From a virus (Duplodnaviria > Caudoviricetes), in the IMG/VR virus record IMGVR_UViG_3300012031_000005, positions 1 to 64,000 of that record: a stretch of 64,000 bases of DNA; one strand, written 5' to 3'. Below the pieces are notes generated by a model. The model was given only the letters and a program-made list of their open reading frames with translations. It was not told where the DNA came from and searched no databases. Position 1 is the stretch's first letter. Each line of letters starts with the position of its first letter. The position numbers and the translations under genes are program-made. This document shows positions 37,104 through 46,076 of the stretch, piece after piece.

Positions 37104-37355
37104 CTAACCCCTTATTCCTTTTAACGAAAAATAAGTTTCCCACTTGGCATCATCAAACCATAGTATTACTGTATGATGTTCAGTGTCCCATACCACAGTA
37201 GTGTCGCTATTGCATTGTTCACAAAGCCTAACAACTCTAGAAATAACGCCAGCCATTTCATAACCAGTGTTAACGTTAATAACTACTGGACAAGACGTTT
37301 TGAAGTTCGATATCCAATGTGACGGCTTAATATCTTCCATATGCATTAGTTTCAT
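37104..37355 (-). CDS. hypothetical protein
   Basis: Start MKLMH with GGAG RBS. Confidence 0.6.
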   Translation of the reverse strand: MKLMHMEDIKPSHWISNFKTSCPVVINVNTGYEMAGVISRVVRLCEQCNSDTTVVWDTEHHTVILWFDDAKWETYFSLKGIRG

Positions 37356-37391
37356 ACTACTCCCTTTCCTTTGTATGCCGGTCAAGTATTT

Positions 37392-38258
37392 CTATGTAGC
37401 AAACGGAATGTCTATTGCTGGGTGATGTTGGTAACCTATTAACTCATAATCACTGGTTTTTGTTTGAAGCAGCTCTTCTAGATTTGTAAATGCTGGCATT
37501 ATCAAAATAGGGCCAGGTAACGGATCTCTTTTTAGCTGCTCTCTAACAGCGTCTATTTGATTGTGATATATGTGTAGGTCACCTGAAGTGTGTACAAACT
37601 CACCTACTCCTAGTCCTAGTATCTGAGCAAACATATGAACCAGTAAACTGTAGCTAGCAATATTAAACGGCAGTCCAAGCGGAGCATCGACGCTGCGCTG
37701 GTACAGTTGGCAGCTTAGCTCACCGTCGCACACATAGAATTGGAAAAATGCATGACACGGAGGAAGTGCCATTGCACCTACTTTATCGGCATTCCACGCA
37801 CTTACAATATGTCGTCGACCATCAGGATTATTGCGTAATCCTTCAAGAACATTTGCAATTTGATCTACGTAACCTAGTGCAGCATCCCAGTGTCGCCATT
37901 GATGGCCATAAATTGGTCCCAGTTCTTTTACTAGGTCTGTATTAGTGTATCCTAGGTCCTTGCCCTGCTTGTTAGCATTGGCTGTCCAGATAGTTCTTTT
38001 GCCAATAAGGTTTTCTCGTTTGTCTTCGTAACGTATTTCAGCTAGCCTGCGTTCGTCACTGCTGCCTTCTAACATCCATAGCAGTTCACTAACTACTCCA
38101 CGAAACGCTAATTTCTTAGTTGTAACAGCTGGAAATTCTTTGCGCAGATCAAATCGCATTTGATAGCCGAATACACTTTTAGTTCCTGTGCCAGTCCTAT
38201 CATTTTTATTCTTGCCGTTTTCTAAAATATATTCTAGTGCTCGTAGGTATTCTTTCAT
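37392..38258 (-). CDS. thyA: thymidylate synthase
   Basis: DRTGTG, MALPPCH, YQRSVD, LPFNIASY, HIY. Confidence 0.95.
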   Translation of the reverse strand: MKEYLRALEYILENGKNKNDRTGTGTKSVFGYQMRFDLRKEFPAVTTKKLAFRGVVSELLWMLEGSSDERRLAEIRYEDKRENLIGKRTIWTANANKQGKDLGYTNTDLVKELGPIYGHQWRHWDAALGYVDQIANVLEGLRNNPDGRRHIVSAWNADKVGAMALPPCHAFFQFYVCDGELSCQLYQRSVDAPLGLPFNIASYSLLVHMFAQILGLGVGEFVHTSGDLHIYHNQIDAVREQLKRDPLPGPILIMPAFTNLEELLQTKTSDYELIGYQHHPAIDIPFAT

Positions 38259-38264
38259 TCAGCG

Positions 38265-38456
38265 TTATCCTTTTTTTACTATGCCAGACATTTTCAATAA
38301 CCATTCTTGATTTGCTCGACGTTCGGCTTTAGTTGCCCACGGTTCTACATCATTGAACCTGGCATTTGTAAGCTTGTCAATGTAGTTTTGTCCATACTTG
38401 ATCTCTAAAAGTAATCGATCTTTTTCAGTTAACGAAGTTTCTGATTTATTACTCAT
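38265..38456 (-). CDS. hypothetical protein
   Basis: Small ORF in operon. Confidence 0.55.
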   Translation of the reverse strand: MSNKSETSLTEKDRLLLEIKYGQNYIDKLTNARFNDVEPWATKAERRANQEWLLKMSGIVKKG

Positions 38457-38635
38457 TATTTCTTTTTCTGGTCAATTCCTGCACCTCTCCTAATCCAATC
38501 TAGTGATACTTCGAACTGATAGTCAGTAAAGTCTTTCTCGGCCGCTGTACCTATTGATTTTTCTGTTTCTTCGTGATAGCGATTAGCGTTTGTTAGTAGC
38601 TCAATTGTTTCTTTTTTTTCTTTTGATGATTTCAT
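38449..38635 (-). pseudogene. possible frameshifted small gene (MKSSKEKK...DWIRRGAGI)
   Basis: Two frames offset by +1 fill the gap exactly, with start/stop overlaps to the neighbours. Confidence 0.35.
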
Positions 38636-38889
38636 TTGCTTTGGTCCTTTGCTAGGTTGATAATATTGTCTATCAATTCTCGGTCTATTTCTTTTTTGAT
38701 CTCGTCTGCTTGTATCAGTTCTGCTTGGTTACGGTGCCGTTCAAACAGTTTTGCTGCTCTTCTTTCTAGCTCAGTTAGTCCACTAGCACCGCCTGCCCAT
38801 AAGTAATAAAGATCAAGTAGATAGTTTACACCCCACTTTAGCACAAGGTATGTGTGTTCTTTGTCAGTAACAGTTACTTTTTCTTCCAT
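38632..38889 (-). CDS. hypothetical protein
   Basis: Small ORF in operon. Confidence 0.6.
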   Translation of the reverse strand: MEEKVTVTDKEHTYLVLKWGVNYLLDLYYLWAGGASGLTELERRAAKLFERHRNQAELIQADEIKKEIDRELIDNIINLAKDQSK

Positions 38890-39374
38890 ATCTCAAATGT
38901 AACCTCAGGATGTACCTCTTGGAACGTTAACTCAAACTGGTCCTCAATAGCAGCAACATCTAGAAATGTGTCACAATCGTAACTACCTGGAATTCTGCTT
39001 AGATAGAACTCGTCAATGACATCCAGTGTTTGATCAATTAGGTTGCGGCCGCCTATTACCCAAGTGATTAGATTTGGAAATGCATCAGCAACCAAGCACA
39101 CTTGATCAGCAATGTTGCCGCTAATATATTGGGCCGCACCAGGAAACTCATCTGGCCTAGTTGTAGCTAACACGTTTATACGTAGAGGCATTGGCCTGGG
39201 GAAATCAGGTGCGCACCAAGTTGTGGAACCCAGTACGATAACGTGTCCTTTAGTATGCTCTTGGTACCAACGCATATCTGTATAGTTATGTGGCCACGGA
39301 AGGGCTCCATTTGCTGCTATGCCGCCGTGATCATCACAAGCTAATATTGCTTTAATTGTATTTATTTTGGTCAC
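38874..39374 (-). CDS. folA: dihydrofolate reductase
   Basis: GIAANGALPW...DM, RPMPLRIN, VIGG, CDTF. Confidence 0.92.
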   Translation of the reverse strand: MTKINTIKAILACDDHGGIAANGALPWPHNYTDMRWYQEHTKGHVIVLGSTTWCAPDFPRPMPLRINVLATTRPDEFPGAAQYISGNIADQVCLVADAFPNLITWVIGGRNLIDQTLDVIDEFYLSRIPGSYDCDTFLDVAAIEDQFELTFQEVHPEVTFEIWKKK

Positions 39375-39681
39375 GTGTGTTTCCTTTTATTGTGTTTAAT
39401 ATTTGAGTATTCTCGTATTTGATTCGTTTTCTTGCTCGGATTACTATATTTACGATCCAGAGAATTAGCGCAGTAACAGCCAAAGACGAAAATATAGAAA
39501 CCGGCGCTGCCTCTCCTGGAAGGAGTCCAACAACAGTTTCTAAAAAGCAAGCGAACCAAACTACGAACACTGCCCAACTAACGACACCTGCTATAAACAG
39601 AATCACTTTAATGTTGAATAGTGAAAATATAGATTTTATATCATTTCTAATTTCACGAAGTATCGTTTTAACGAATCTCAT
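39352..39681 (-). CDS. 2-TM membrane protein, paralog 4 of tandem array
   Basis: Shared MRxxK.. start and KxEN..ILN C-terminus. Confidence 0.7.
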   Translation of the reverse strand: MRFVKTILREIRNDIKSIFSLFNIKVILFIAGVVSWAVFVVWFACFLETVVGLLPGEAAPVSIFSSLAVTALILWIVNIVIRARKRIKYENTQILNTIKGNTRDQNKYN

Positions 39682-39983
39682 CGTGGATACCTAACGTTGT
39701 TTATTAGCATTTTGTTTTCTTTTTTAATTTTTTCTCTTGCTTTGACGTAAGCATTATTTGTCCAAGCTATTAGAAAGATCTCAGTTACTACTACTACAAG
39801 TATAAGTATTATGACAGAAAACCCGCCGGCGGTTAATGGTAATAAGATTATAAGACCAATTGCAGATGCAACTACAAAGGCAATTGATAGTACGACAACA
39901 CAAATAGGCCTAAGCCATTCTCCAGCCCATTCTTGAAAATCTGTCTGCATCTGCGTTACTGTTTCTTTATATACTCGTTTCAT
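39678..39983 (-). CDS. 2-TM membrane protein, paralog 3
   Basis: Same architecture as its neighbours. Confidence 0.7.
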   Translation of the reverse strand: MKRVYKETVTQMQTDFQEWAGEWLRPICVVVLSIAFVVASAIGLIILLPLTAGGFSVIILILVVVVTEIFLIAWTNNAYVKAREKIKKENKMLINNVRYPR

Positions 39984-40007
39984 TTCTCTTACCTTGTTAG
40001 CTCAGTG

Positions 40008-40322
40008 TTAGTTGCGTGACTTAGTGTGTTTAATGTTTCTCAACAGCTCGTCGTTCTCTTTCTTGACATTCTTTGCTGCTGTTTTATATGCGCCCCATGC
40101 CCAGGTAGCTAGGAATATTTGGATAATGCCTACAATTAATATAGTTATTAACACGCCATCACCGCCAAAAGGAGTGAATGCAGCCATTAGTGCTGTGATA
40201 ATAGCATCTGCATTTATTGTTGCAGTAATTAACAAAAACACAAGAAGTGGTACCAAATGACCTTTAGCCCAAATCCTAAGGTCTTTTTTCATCAGTTTAA
40301 TCGTTTCTTTAAGTACTCGCAT
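40008..40322 (-). CDS. 2-TM membrane protein, paralog 2
   Basis: Same architecture as its neighbours. Confidence 0.7.
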   Translation of the reverse strand: MRVLKETIKLMKKDLRIWAKGHLVPLLVFLLITATINADAIITALMAAFTPFGGDGVLITILIVGIIQIFLATWAWGAYKTAAKNVKKENDELLRNIKHTKSRN

Positions 40323-40630
40323 TATCGTGTCTCATTAATGAGGTTGATGAGATTTTTGTTTTCTGCAATGATCATAGTCTTAGCTTTGCGGCAAGCCACG
40401 TGTATCCAAAAACCGCCACCGAGTAGAATTATTGATTGGGCTACAATTACCAAAAACATACCCGCGTCCGACAATGATGTATAATGCATTAGCAAACTCA
40501 GTGTGCCCACCATTGATGCTAATAAAACAAGGAGAGCGCATACATAACCTAGATAAGGTAATAGTACCTCCTTTAAAACGTAGCAGGTATCATTCCAGAG
40601 TAGGGAACAAGTTTTCTTAAATACTCTCAT
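40322..40630 (-). CDS. 2-TM membrane protein, paralog 1
   Basis: Same architecture as its neighbours. Confidence 0.7.
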   Translation of the reverse strand: MRVFKKTCSLLWNDTCYVLKEVLLPYLGYVCALLVLLASMVGTLSLLMHYTSLSDAGMFLVIVAQSIILLGGGFWIHVACRKAKTMIIAENKNLINLINETR

Positions 40631-40661
40631 TTTTCTTTCCTTGTTTGCTTAGTGTCTTGAC

Positions 40662-40690
40662 AGTATAAGCTCACAAGGAAGGAGCGTCAA
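40662..40690 (-). promoter_or_regulatory. sigma70-type promoter
   Basis: TTGACG-N17-TATACT. Confidence 0.65.
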
Positions 40691-40691
40691 C

Positions 40692-42095
40692 CTATTTCTC
40701 TAGATTACGTGCAAGTCTGATCATAGTTGCTGCTAAATTTATCTCCGGATCAACGACCAATGCATGGTCTACTAACCCTTGTTTGATAATTAGCACTGCA
40801 CTGTCTTGCTGGTGCTCGCTGGCACCAAAAAGCTCAATGTTATTATAGAGCCAGCGGTACACTTCATCCATTTCCTCCGGCTGTGCTTGACTACAGACTA
40901 GCTTACGGGCTTCTGTAATCTTACCTGCCTTGAACAAATCTGTCATTGCCAAGTGGAAGTCAGCACTGGTGCTGGCAGTAGCTGCGGCCTCCAGCTCACC
41001 ACTTTGTGAGTTTAGCTGTACGGTATTAATACATTTACGCATGTCTGGATAGTATGCTTTTACATAACTATCTATAGTTTCAAGATCAAATGTTACATTC
41101 TCAGTAATAAGTATTTCGGCAACTCGAGCAGTAAACTCTGTTTGATCAATTTTTTCAAAGTGAAGGTGCTGACACCTGCTGTGAATGGCCGGCATAATCT
41201 TGTTGGGATAATTACAAGTTAGAATAAATCTAACATCTGCACTATATGATTCCATGAGGTTACGCAGGGCAGGCTGCACACTGTTGATGTTCATATAGTC
41301 TGCTTCGTCAATCAGCACAATTTTATAGTCACCAAATGCCATGGTCTGACAAAACATAATCAGCTTATCAACCCATTCGATCTTTCTGCCTTCTTTTGAA
41401 CCGTTAGCAATCAACACATCAGTATCTTGCACGTCCAACTGATTAATTAGTATTTTAGCTAGAGTAGTGTTATGATGTATAATGCCATTGGGTGTTACAT
41501 ACTGGTGTGGTGTGTCTAATGCCACATCATACACGTCTTGTTCGTCTCCTGATAACATTCCAACTATACTAGCCGGCCCGTTTATAGTATCTACTACGTC
41601 ACATTTACTAATCTTCTTAGGAATACCATTACTAAAGACCAAATGTTCTGTAGAACATTTAAGTTCTGTATTGTTATCAAATACATAAGTAGCAACAGTG
41701 TGTCTTTTCTTTACAAGCCCATTAACAGGTACATAGCCTGTGGGGCTATCAATTTTTATACAGTGCTTGCTAACAACAGGCACGTTATATTCAATCTCGT
41801 CCAGTTCTAGTATTTTGAAAAGTTCTTTGATCGGTATTTTATAATGCTTATCAATTGATTGGTATTTTAATAGCTGCTCTTTTTGTAAAGAAGTCAATGT
41901 AGCAGTGTCGATTTCTATACAAACTTCTTCGGTACCGGCTAGGCACTTACCAATTCCGGCCGACCCCGATAAAAGCAGGTGCGGAATACTGCCCTGTTTG
42001 ATCCATCCTTCTATCTGTTCTTTTTGCGAGTTGTCTTTAAAGACATAGCCGTTTAGATCATTTGGCCGATACTTTTCGGTCCATAATTGATTCAT
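40692..42095 (-). CDS. clamp loader AAA+ subunit (gp44/RFC-small-like) with intein
   Basis: WTEKYRP, GSAGIGK|..|TT, DEAD, SRC. Confidence 0.92.
   Translation of the reverse strand: MNQLWTEKYRPNDLNGYVFKDNSQKEQIEGWIKQGSIPHLLLSGSAGIGKCLAGTEEVCIEIDTATLTSLQKEQLLKYQSIDKHYKIPIKELFKILELDEIEYNVPVVSKHCIKIDSPTGYVPVNGLVKKRHTVATYVFDNNTELKCSTEHLVFSNGIPKKISKCDVVDTINGPASIVGMLSGDEQDVYDVALDTPHQYVTPNGIIHHNTTLAKILINQLDVQDTDVLIANGSKEGRKIEWVDKLIMFCQTMAFGDYKIVLIDEADYMNINSVQPALRNLMESYSADVRFILTCNYPNKIMPAIHSRCQHLHFEKIDQTEFTARVAEILITENVTFDLETIDSYVKAYYPDMRKCINTVQLNSQSGELEAAATASTSADFHLAMTDLFKAGKITEARKLVCSQAQPEEMDEVYRWLYNNIELFGASEHQQDSAVLIIKQGLVDHALVVDPEINLAATMIRLARNLEK
41469..41945 (-). mobile_element. mini-intein (159 aa) in the clamp-loader Walker A motif
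   Basis: GK|CLAG...STEH...VYD...IIHHN|T; no endonuclease. Confidence 0.9.
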
Positions 42096-42098
42096 AAT

Positions 42099-43262
42099 TT
42101 ACCTTTTAGTTTTAGTTTTAGTTTTTAAAATATTTGCTATTTTTTGAGCAAGCTGGCAGAACCATTCCGATCCATGCCCGCGAGTCGTTTCTGCTGCTGT
42201 TCCTATTCTGATGCCTGACGTCTCAACAAAGGAGCGTGGGTCATTAGGTATGCTGTTTTTGTTAACGGTAATTCCGCATTCTTCAAGTAAGTCAGCAGCA
42301 GCTCTTCCCGAAAGTTTGCTAGTACTTAAGTCTAGTAGTATTATATGAGAATCTGTACCGTGTGTCAATGTTTTAATACCATGATTGTTAAATACGTCAC
42401 ACATTATTCTAGCGTTGTTAACTACTTGCGCTGCGTATTGCTTAAATGACACAGTGTCTGCTTCAATAAAGCATTGCGCTTTGGCTGCAATTGTATTCAT
42501 CAGCGGGCCGCCCTGTGTGCCCGGAAAGATTGCACTGTTGATCTTTCTAGTGTAGGCAGGGTCATTCCACATGATTATGCCACCGCGTGGACCACGTAGG
42601 GTTTTGTGTGTGGTAGAAGTAATGACGTCAGCTAGTCCTACTGGAGTTTGATATACTCCTCCGGCAATTAGACCTGAGTAATGTGCAATGTCAGCTAGTA
42701 ATACTGCGCCTACAGCGTCTGCGATGTCCCTAAAACGCACAAAGTCAATCTGTCGTGGGTATGCACTAGCTCCACATATGATCATTTTGGGACGGTGCTG
42801 GTAAGCAAGCTGTTCGACTTGGTTGTAGTCTATCCAGCCGTTTGCATCCACTCCGTAGCTGAATGCATTGTAGATTTTGCCGGATATGTTTGGTAAAGAT
42901 CCGTGTGACAGGTGTCCGCCACTTGCAAGATCCATACCTAGTATAGTGTCTCCTGGGTTGAGGAATGCTTGAAACGCTGCTGTATTTGCATTAGCTCCAC
43001 TATGCGGTTGTACGTTTGCAAACGTGCAGCCAAACAGTGTTTTGAGTTTATCAATTGCTAACTGTTCAATTTCGTCAATATATTCACAGCCATTGTAATA
43101 GCGTTTGCCTGGGTAACCTTCTGCATACTTGTTAGTGAAAACACTTCCACAAAGCTGCATCACTTCTGGGCTAGCAAAATTCTCGCTGGCTATCAGCTCT
43201 ATTGTTTCCTGTTGTCTGGTAGTTTCTCTTGCAAGAATTTGTTGTATTTTAGTATGAATCAT
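42099..43262 (-). CDS. glyA: serine hydroxymethyltransferase
   Basis: LIASEN, KYAEGYPG, GGHLSHG, TTHKTLRGPRGG. Confidence 0.97.
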   Translation of the reverse strand: MIHTKIQQILARETTRQQETIELIASENFASPEVMQLCGSVFTNKYAEGYPGKRYYNGCEYIDEIEQLAIDKLKTLFGCTFANVQPHSGANANTAAFQAFLNPGDTILGMDLASGGHLSHGSLPNISGKIYNAFSYGVDANGWIDYNQVEQLAYQHRPKMIICGASAYPRQIDFVRFRDIADAVGAVLLADIAHYSGLIAGGVYQTPVGLADVITSTTHKTLRGPRGGIIMWNDPAYTRKINSAIFPGTQGGPLMNTIAAKAQCFIEADTVSFKQYAAQVVNNARIMCDVFNNHGIKTLTHGTDSHIILLDLSTSKLSGRAAADLLEECGITVNKNSIPNDPRSFVETSGIRIGTAAETTRGHGSEWFCQLAQKIANILKTKTKTKR

Positions 43263-43748
43263 TTATACAGTTTCGTCCTCAGTAGGACGGTATTCGTAAA
43301 TTGGCTCGTCAGGCTTTGTGTAGGGGAACCCCACAGGTGTTGCGCAGCCACTGCCTGAGAAGTAGATTTTAGACTTCTCACCGGATTCTTCGTCGGTGTA
43401 CCATTCCCAAAATACTTTGCCGTCAATATCCCATGCGCTGTTGTTGTCTTTAAATACGCTGCTCAATCGCTTGTTTTGGTACATTACATTACCTCCTGAC
43501 TCTTCGGTGACGTCTATCCACTCGCTGTCTTCGCCGGTAAGCGGTGTTAACGGCTCGAACGCCAGCAGCTTCTTGAGAATACCTAATGCATAGCTTGCGC
43601 TGTATCCACTGTGGCCTTCTTTGCTAAACTCTTCAACCATGCGCAAAATGTGATCACGCATACAAAAGTTTATGTCTTCGCCGCTTAAATCGTCATCTGT
43701 CATTCCGATACAGTCTAGTTCTGATTTTGCAAAGTCTAACATACTCAT
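43263..43748 (-). CDS. conserved phage protein (GHSG motif)
   Basis: FSKEGHSGYSA, PLTPLTGED.EW. Confidence 0.75.
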   Translation of the reverse strand: MSMLDFAKSELDCIGMTDDDLSGEDINFCMRDHILRMVEEFSKEGHSGYSASYALGILKKLLAFEPLTPLTGEDSEWIDVTEESGGNVMYQNKRLSSVFKDNNSAWDIDGKVFWEWYTDEESGEKSKIYFSGSGCATPVGFPYTKPDEPIYEYRPTEDETV

Positions 43749-43942
43749 TTTTTAAACTCCATAAACGGTTCAATATCGTTATTAAATATCTGTGTCATCT
43801 GTCTCCAAAGATACTCTTTCTCACTAATAGTTAGTGCACAATTAAGGAGATTATCGTCGTCATCAGCCTTAGTAGGTAGAAAATATGCGTGGTTGTAGGT
43901 CAAACACATGTTTCGGATAATTCCTTCGGGGGTGTTAATCAT
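43745..43942 (-). CDS. hypothetical protein
   Basis: ATGA-coupled ORF. Confidence 0.6.
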   Translation of the reverse strand: MINTPEGIIRNMCLTYNHAYFLPTKADDDDNLLNCALTISEKEYLWRQMTQIFNNDIEPFMEFKK

Positions 43943-44214
43943 AAATCTTGTCCTAGAAGTCTGGTCCAGACTTCTTGTATAATGCCTTGACTCAAAGCAT
44001 CAGGGTGACCGGAGCTACAGTCAACACCGTCCTGTAGCTCCGGTGTCCACTTAGCTTCCCATAAACTGAACTCATTGCGTATCTTGCGACCCAGCGTGTG
44101 ATGATACAGTATTAGGTCCGATTCTTTTGTTTCTAAAAACGCCATCTTAGACTGTTTTGCTTCGTTGTGGAACCAGTTAATAACTTCTTCAACTATTTCT
44201 TCACGTGGTTTCAT
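43939..44214 (-). CDS. hypothetical protein
   Basis: HHTLGRKIRNEF.LW, HPD.LS. Confidence 0.7.
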   Translation of the reverse strand: MKPREEIVEEVINWFHNEAKQSKMAFLETKESDLILYHHTLGRKIRNEFSLWEAKWTPELQDGVDCSSGHPDALSQGIIQEVWTRLLGQDL

Positions 44215-44750
44215 CGCTGTATGTTTAACTCCTTGTAGGCAATTTGAATACTTTTAGACTGGAAGTATGCATCTGATAGTGCATTGTGCAAATTATTCTG
44301 CCCCAACGTCTTTCTCGGATCCTGCTTACATGCTGAGAACAGTGTACGACTGTCACGGATCTGCCAAAAGTTCCAAGGAATCGGCTTTCCTACACAGCGA
44401 TATAAGTCTTCAAGAATAGTATAGTCAAAGCCGTAGCCTTGCCCCCAAAGCACACTGGTTCCTACGCACCACTTGGATAACTGTCGCAATGCGTCTTCTA
44501 CGCTGAGTCTGCCTACGGGATCAAACGCTTCTTCCATAACGGCAGGGTCTTGCCTGCCCCACCACTCAATTGTACTGTCACTTGCTGATCGTCCCAGCTG
44601 ATCCTGCTCGTCAATATCAATCTTAAAGTATAATTCTGAATGCGGTTCAGAATCTGATTTGGGGTCAAACTTAACTGCACCTATACTTAGGATAGTTGCG
44701 CCAGGTTTAACGTCAAGTGTTTCTAAATCTATGGTTCCATGAGTAGCCAT
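44211..44750 (-). CDS. DEDDh 3'-5' exonuclease (DexA/Rv2179c-like)
   Basis: IDLETL, FD, RDSRT, HNALSDA. Confidence 0.88.
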   Translation of the reverse strand: MATHGTIDLETLDVKPGATILSIGAVKFDPKSDSEPHSELYFKIDIDEQDQLGRSASDSTIEWWGRQDPAVMEEAFDPVGRLSVEDALRQLSKWCVGTSVLWGQGYGFDYTILEDLYRCVGKPIPWNFWQIRDSRTLFSACKQDPRKTLGQNNLHNALSDAYFQSKSIQIAYKELNIQR

Positions 44751-44920
44751 TAAGTTTTCCTGTTTTCCTGACCAATGCCAGATATGATTAAGAATATATA
44801 CAGGATGGGCCAACCCCATCCTGTAATGGAGCTAGTAAGGTGCAGGAACATCAAGACAATGCCTGCGAGCCCAGTAGTAGTAAGACTTTTGTTGTTTGTT
44901 GCTGTTTCTGGAAGTTTCAA
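44750..44920 (-). CDS. small membrane protein (56 aa)
   Basis: TTG start with AGGAG RBS; two hydrophobic segments. Confidence 0.55.
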   Translation of the reverse strand: MKLPETATNNKSLTTTGLAGIVLMFLHLTSSITGWGWPILYIFLIISGIGQENRKT

Positions 44921-44944
44921 AATCTGCTCCTATACTGTCAATAC

Positions 44945-44973
44945 AGTGTAGCGCAGAATTTAAGGAATGTCAA
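44945..44973 (-). promoter_or_regulatory. sigma70-type promoter
   Basis: TTGACA-N17-TACACT. Confidence 0.6.
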
Positions 44974-44977
44974 TGAC

Positions 44978-45238
44978 TTATTTAATTAGTCGAATTTTGT
45001 ATATTGCACCTGTGGGTGCTGACATAGGTTGAACACTAGCTAGCTCACTCATAAAGTTTCGTGAACCTTCTAATATATATTCAGCGTAAGAAAAGCCAGC
45101 TAATACCTTGTAGGTCTCAAACAGTTCAAGCTTATCTTGCTTCCACAATGTAGCAAGAGCAGGCACATGCTCTATTAGGTATTCGTTCCAATCATCTTCA
45201 GAAAGTATATTATTACTTGGTAACGGTAAATTCAACAT
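44978..45238 (-). CDS. small protein with a gp23-like VQPM..PTG tail
   Basis: Paralog of the next ORF; ELASVQPMSAPTGAIY. Confidence 0.7.
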   Translation of the reverse strand: MLNLPLPSNNILSEDDWNEYLIEHVPALATLWKQDKLELFETYKVLAGFSYAEYILEGSRNFMSELASVQPMSAPTGAIYKIRLIK

Positions 45239-45470
45239 TTGTAAACTCTATTGGAATATAAGGGCAGTAGAAAAGACCGGCATTAGGATGATATTTGTTC
45301 TTTTCTATGTAATCTTTGTAGGTTAATCCCGCTAGGGCTTTGTAGGTCTCAAACTGTTCAAACTTGCCCTGACTCCATAATTTATCAAGAGCCGGCACAT
45401 TGTCTAACAGATACATATCCCAAGCAACGGCTGTGCGTATTTTATTTCCTGCATCAAGTAGTAAACTCAT
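45213..45470 (-). CDS. small protein with a gp23-like AGLFYCPYIP tail
   Basis: Paralog of the previous ORF. Confidence 0.7.
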   Translation of the reverse strand: MSLLLDAGNKIRTAVAWDMYLLDNVPALDKLWSQGKFEQFETYKALAGLTYKDYIEKNKYHPNAGLFYCPYIPIEFTNVEFTVTK

Positions 45471-45639
45471 AATACTAGTCCTGTGTGTTGAATATTTTTC
45501 TATTGTCTAAGATAAGTAGTTTCTTTTAATTCAGAGCATGCCATTAATATAATTGGTGTTTGACTGTATGTGTGTACGCTTCGCTTAACACAAGCTTTCG
45601 CTTGCGCTCAATCTAACTTCTCTTTGTGAATAATGTTTG

Positions 45640-46030
45640 GTTAATCAAATACCACTTGTACTGCATGACTGCTAGCAGGCAGGTTCAGTTGGTTCATCTA
45701 GATAGTAGAGCCATAACTCACCCATTTGGGTGAATTGAAGGTAACTCATTTTCATCTGAGTGAGCATGGACCATCTTAATAAAAGAGATTTACATTTCTG
45801 TATCAGAGGCGGTTGACCGGTACCCCTTACTCTAGCTTCACAATATCAACGGATGGTAGTTAATCCCTATTAAGCGAAATTACTTGCCTGTAGGTTGTAT
45901 CTTTATCACAGCGCCTACTTCATTTAAAGCCTTTAGTTAGCTTTTGCCTTCCAGTGCATCGATATCCGTCGACGATGTTACATCGCAAACTCTTGATGAG
46001 TCGAGCAGCCCCGACCAAACAGTACTGGTT
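45640..46030 (-). ncRNA. putative large structured ncRNA
   Basis: ORF-free; dense nested hairpins and long-range complementarity. Confidence 0.5.
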
Positions 46031-46072
46031 AATGTGCCTAAGTGTGACTAAGTGTGCCTAAGTGTGCCTGAG
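46031..46072. repeat. four 10-bp tandem repeats (AGTGTGCCTA)
   Basis: aatgtgccta agtgtgacta agtgtgccta agtgtgcctg. Confidence 0.9.
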
Positions 46073-46076
46073 TAAT

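Noticed and set aside
37392-38258. dNMP hydroxymethylase partnering the glycosyltransferase
   Set aside because: Retains the dUMP-specifying Asn (PFN) and canonical ThyA motifs, next to DHFR
46031-46072. Mini-CRISPR
   Set aside because: 10-bp units without spacers
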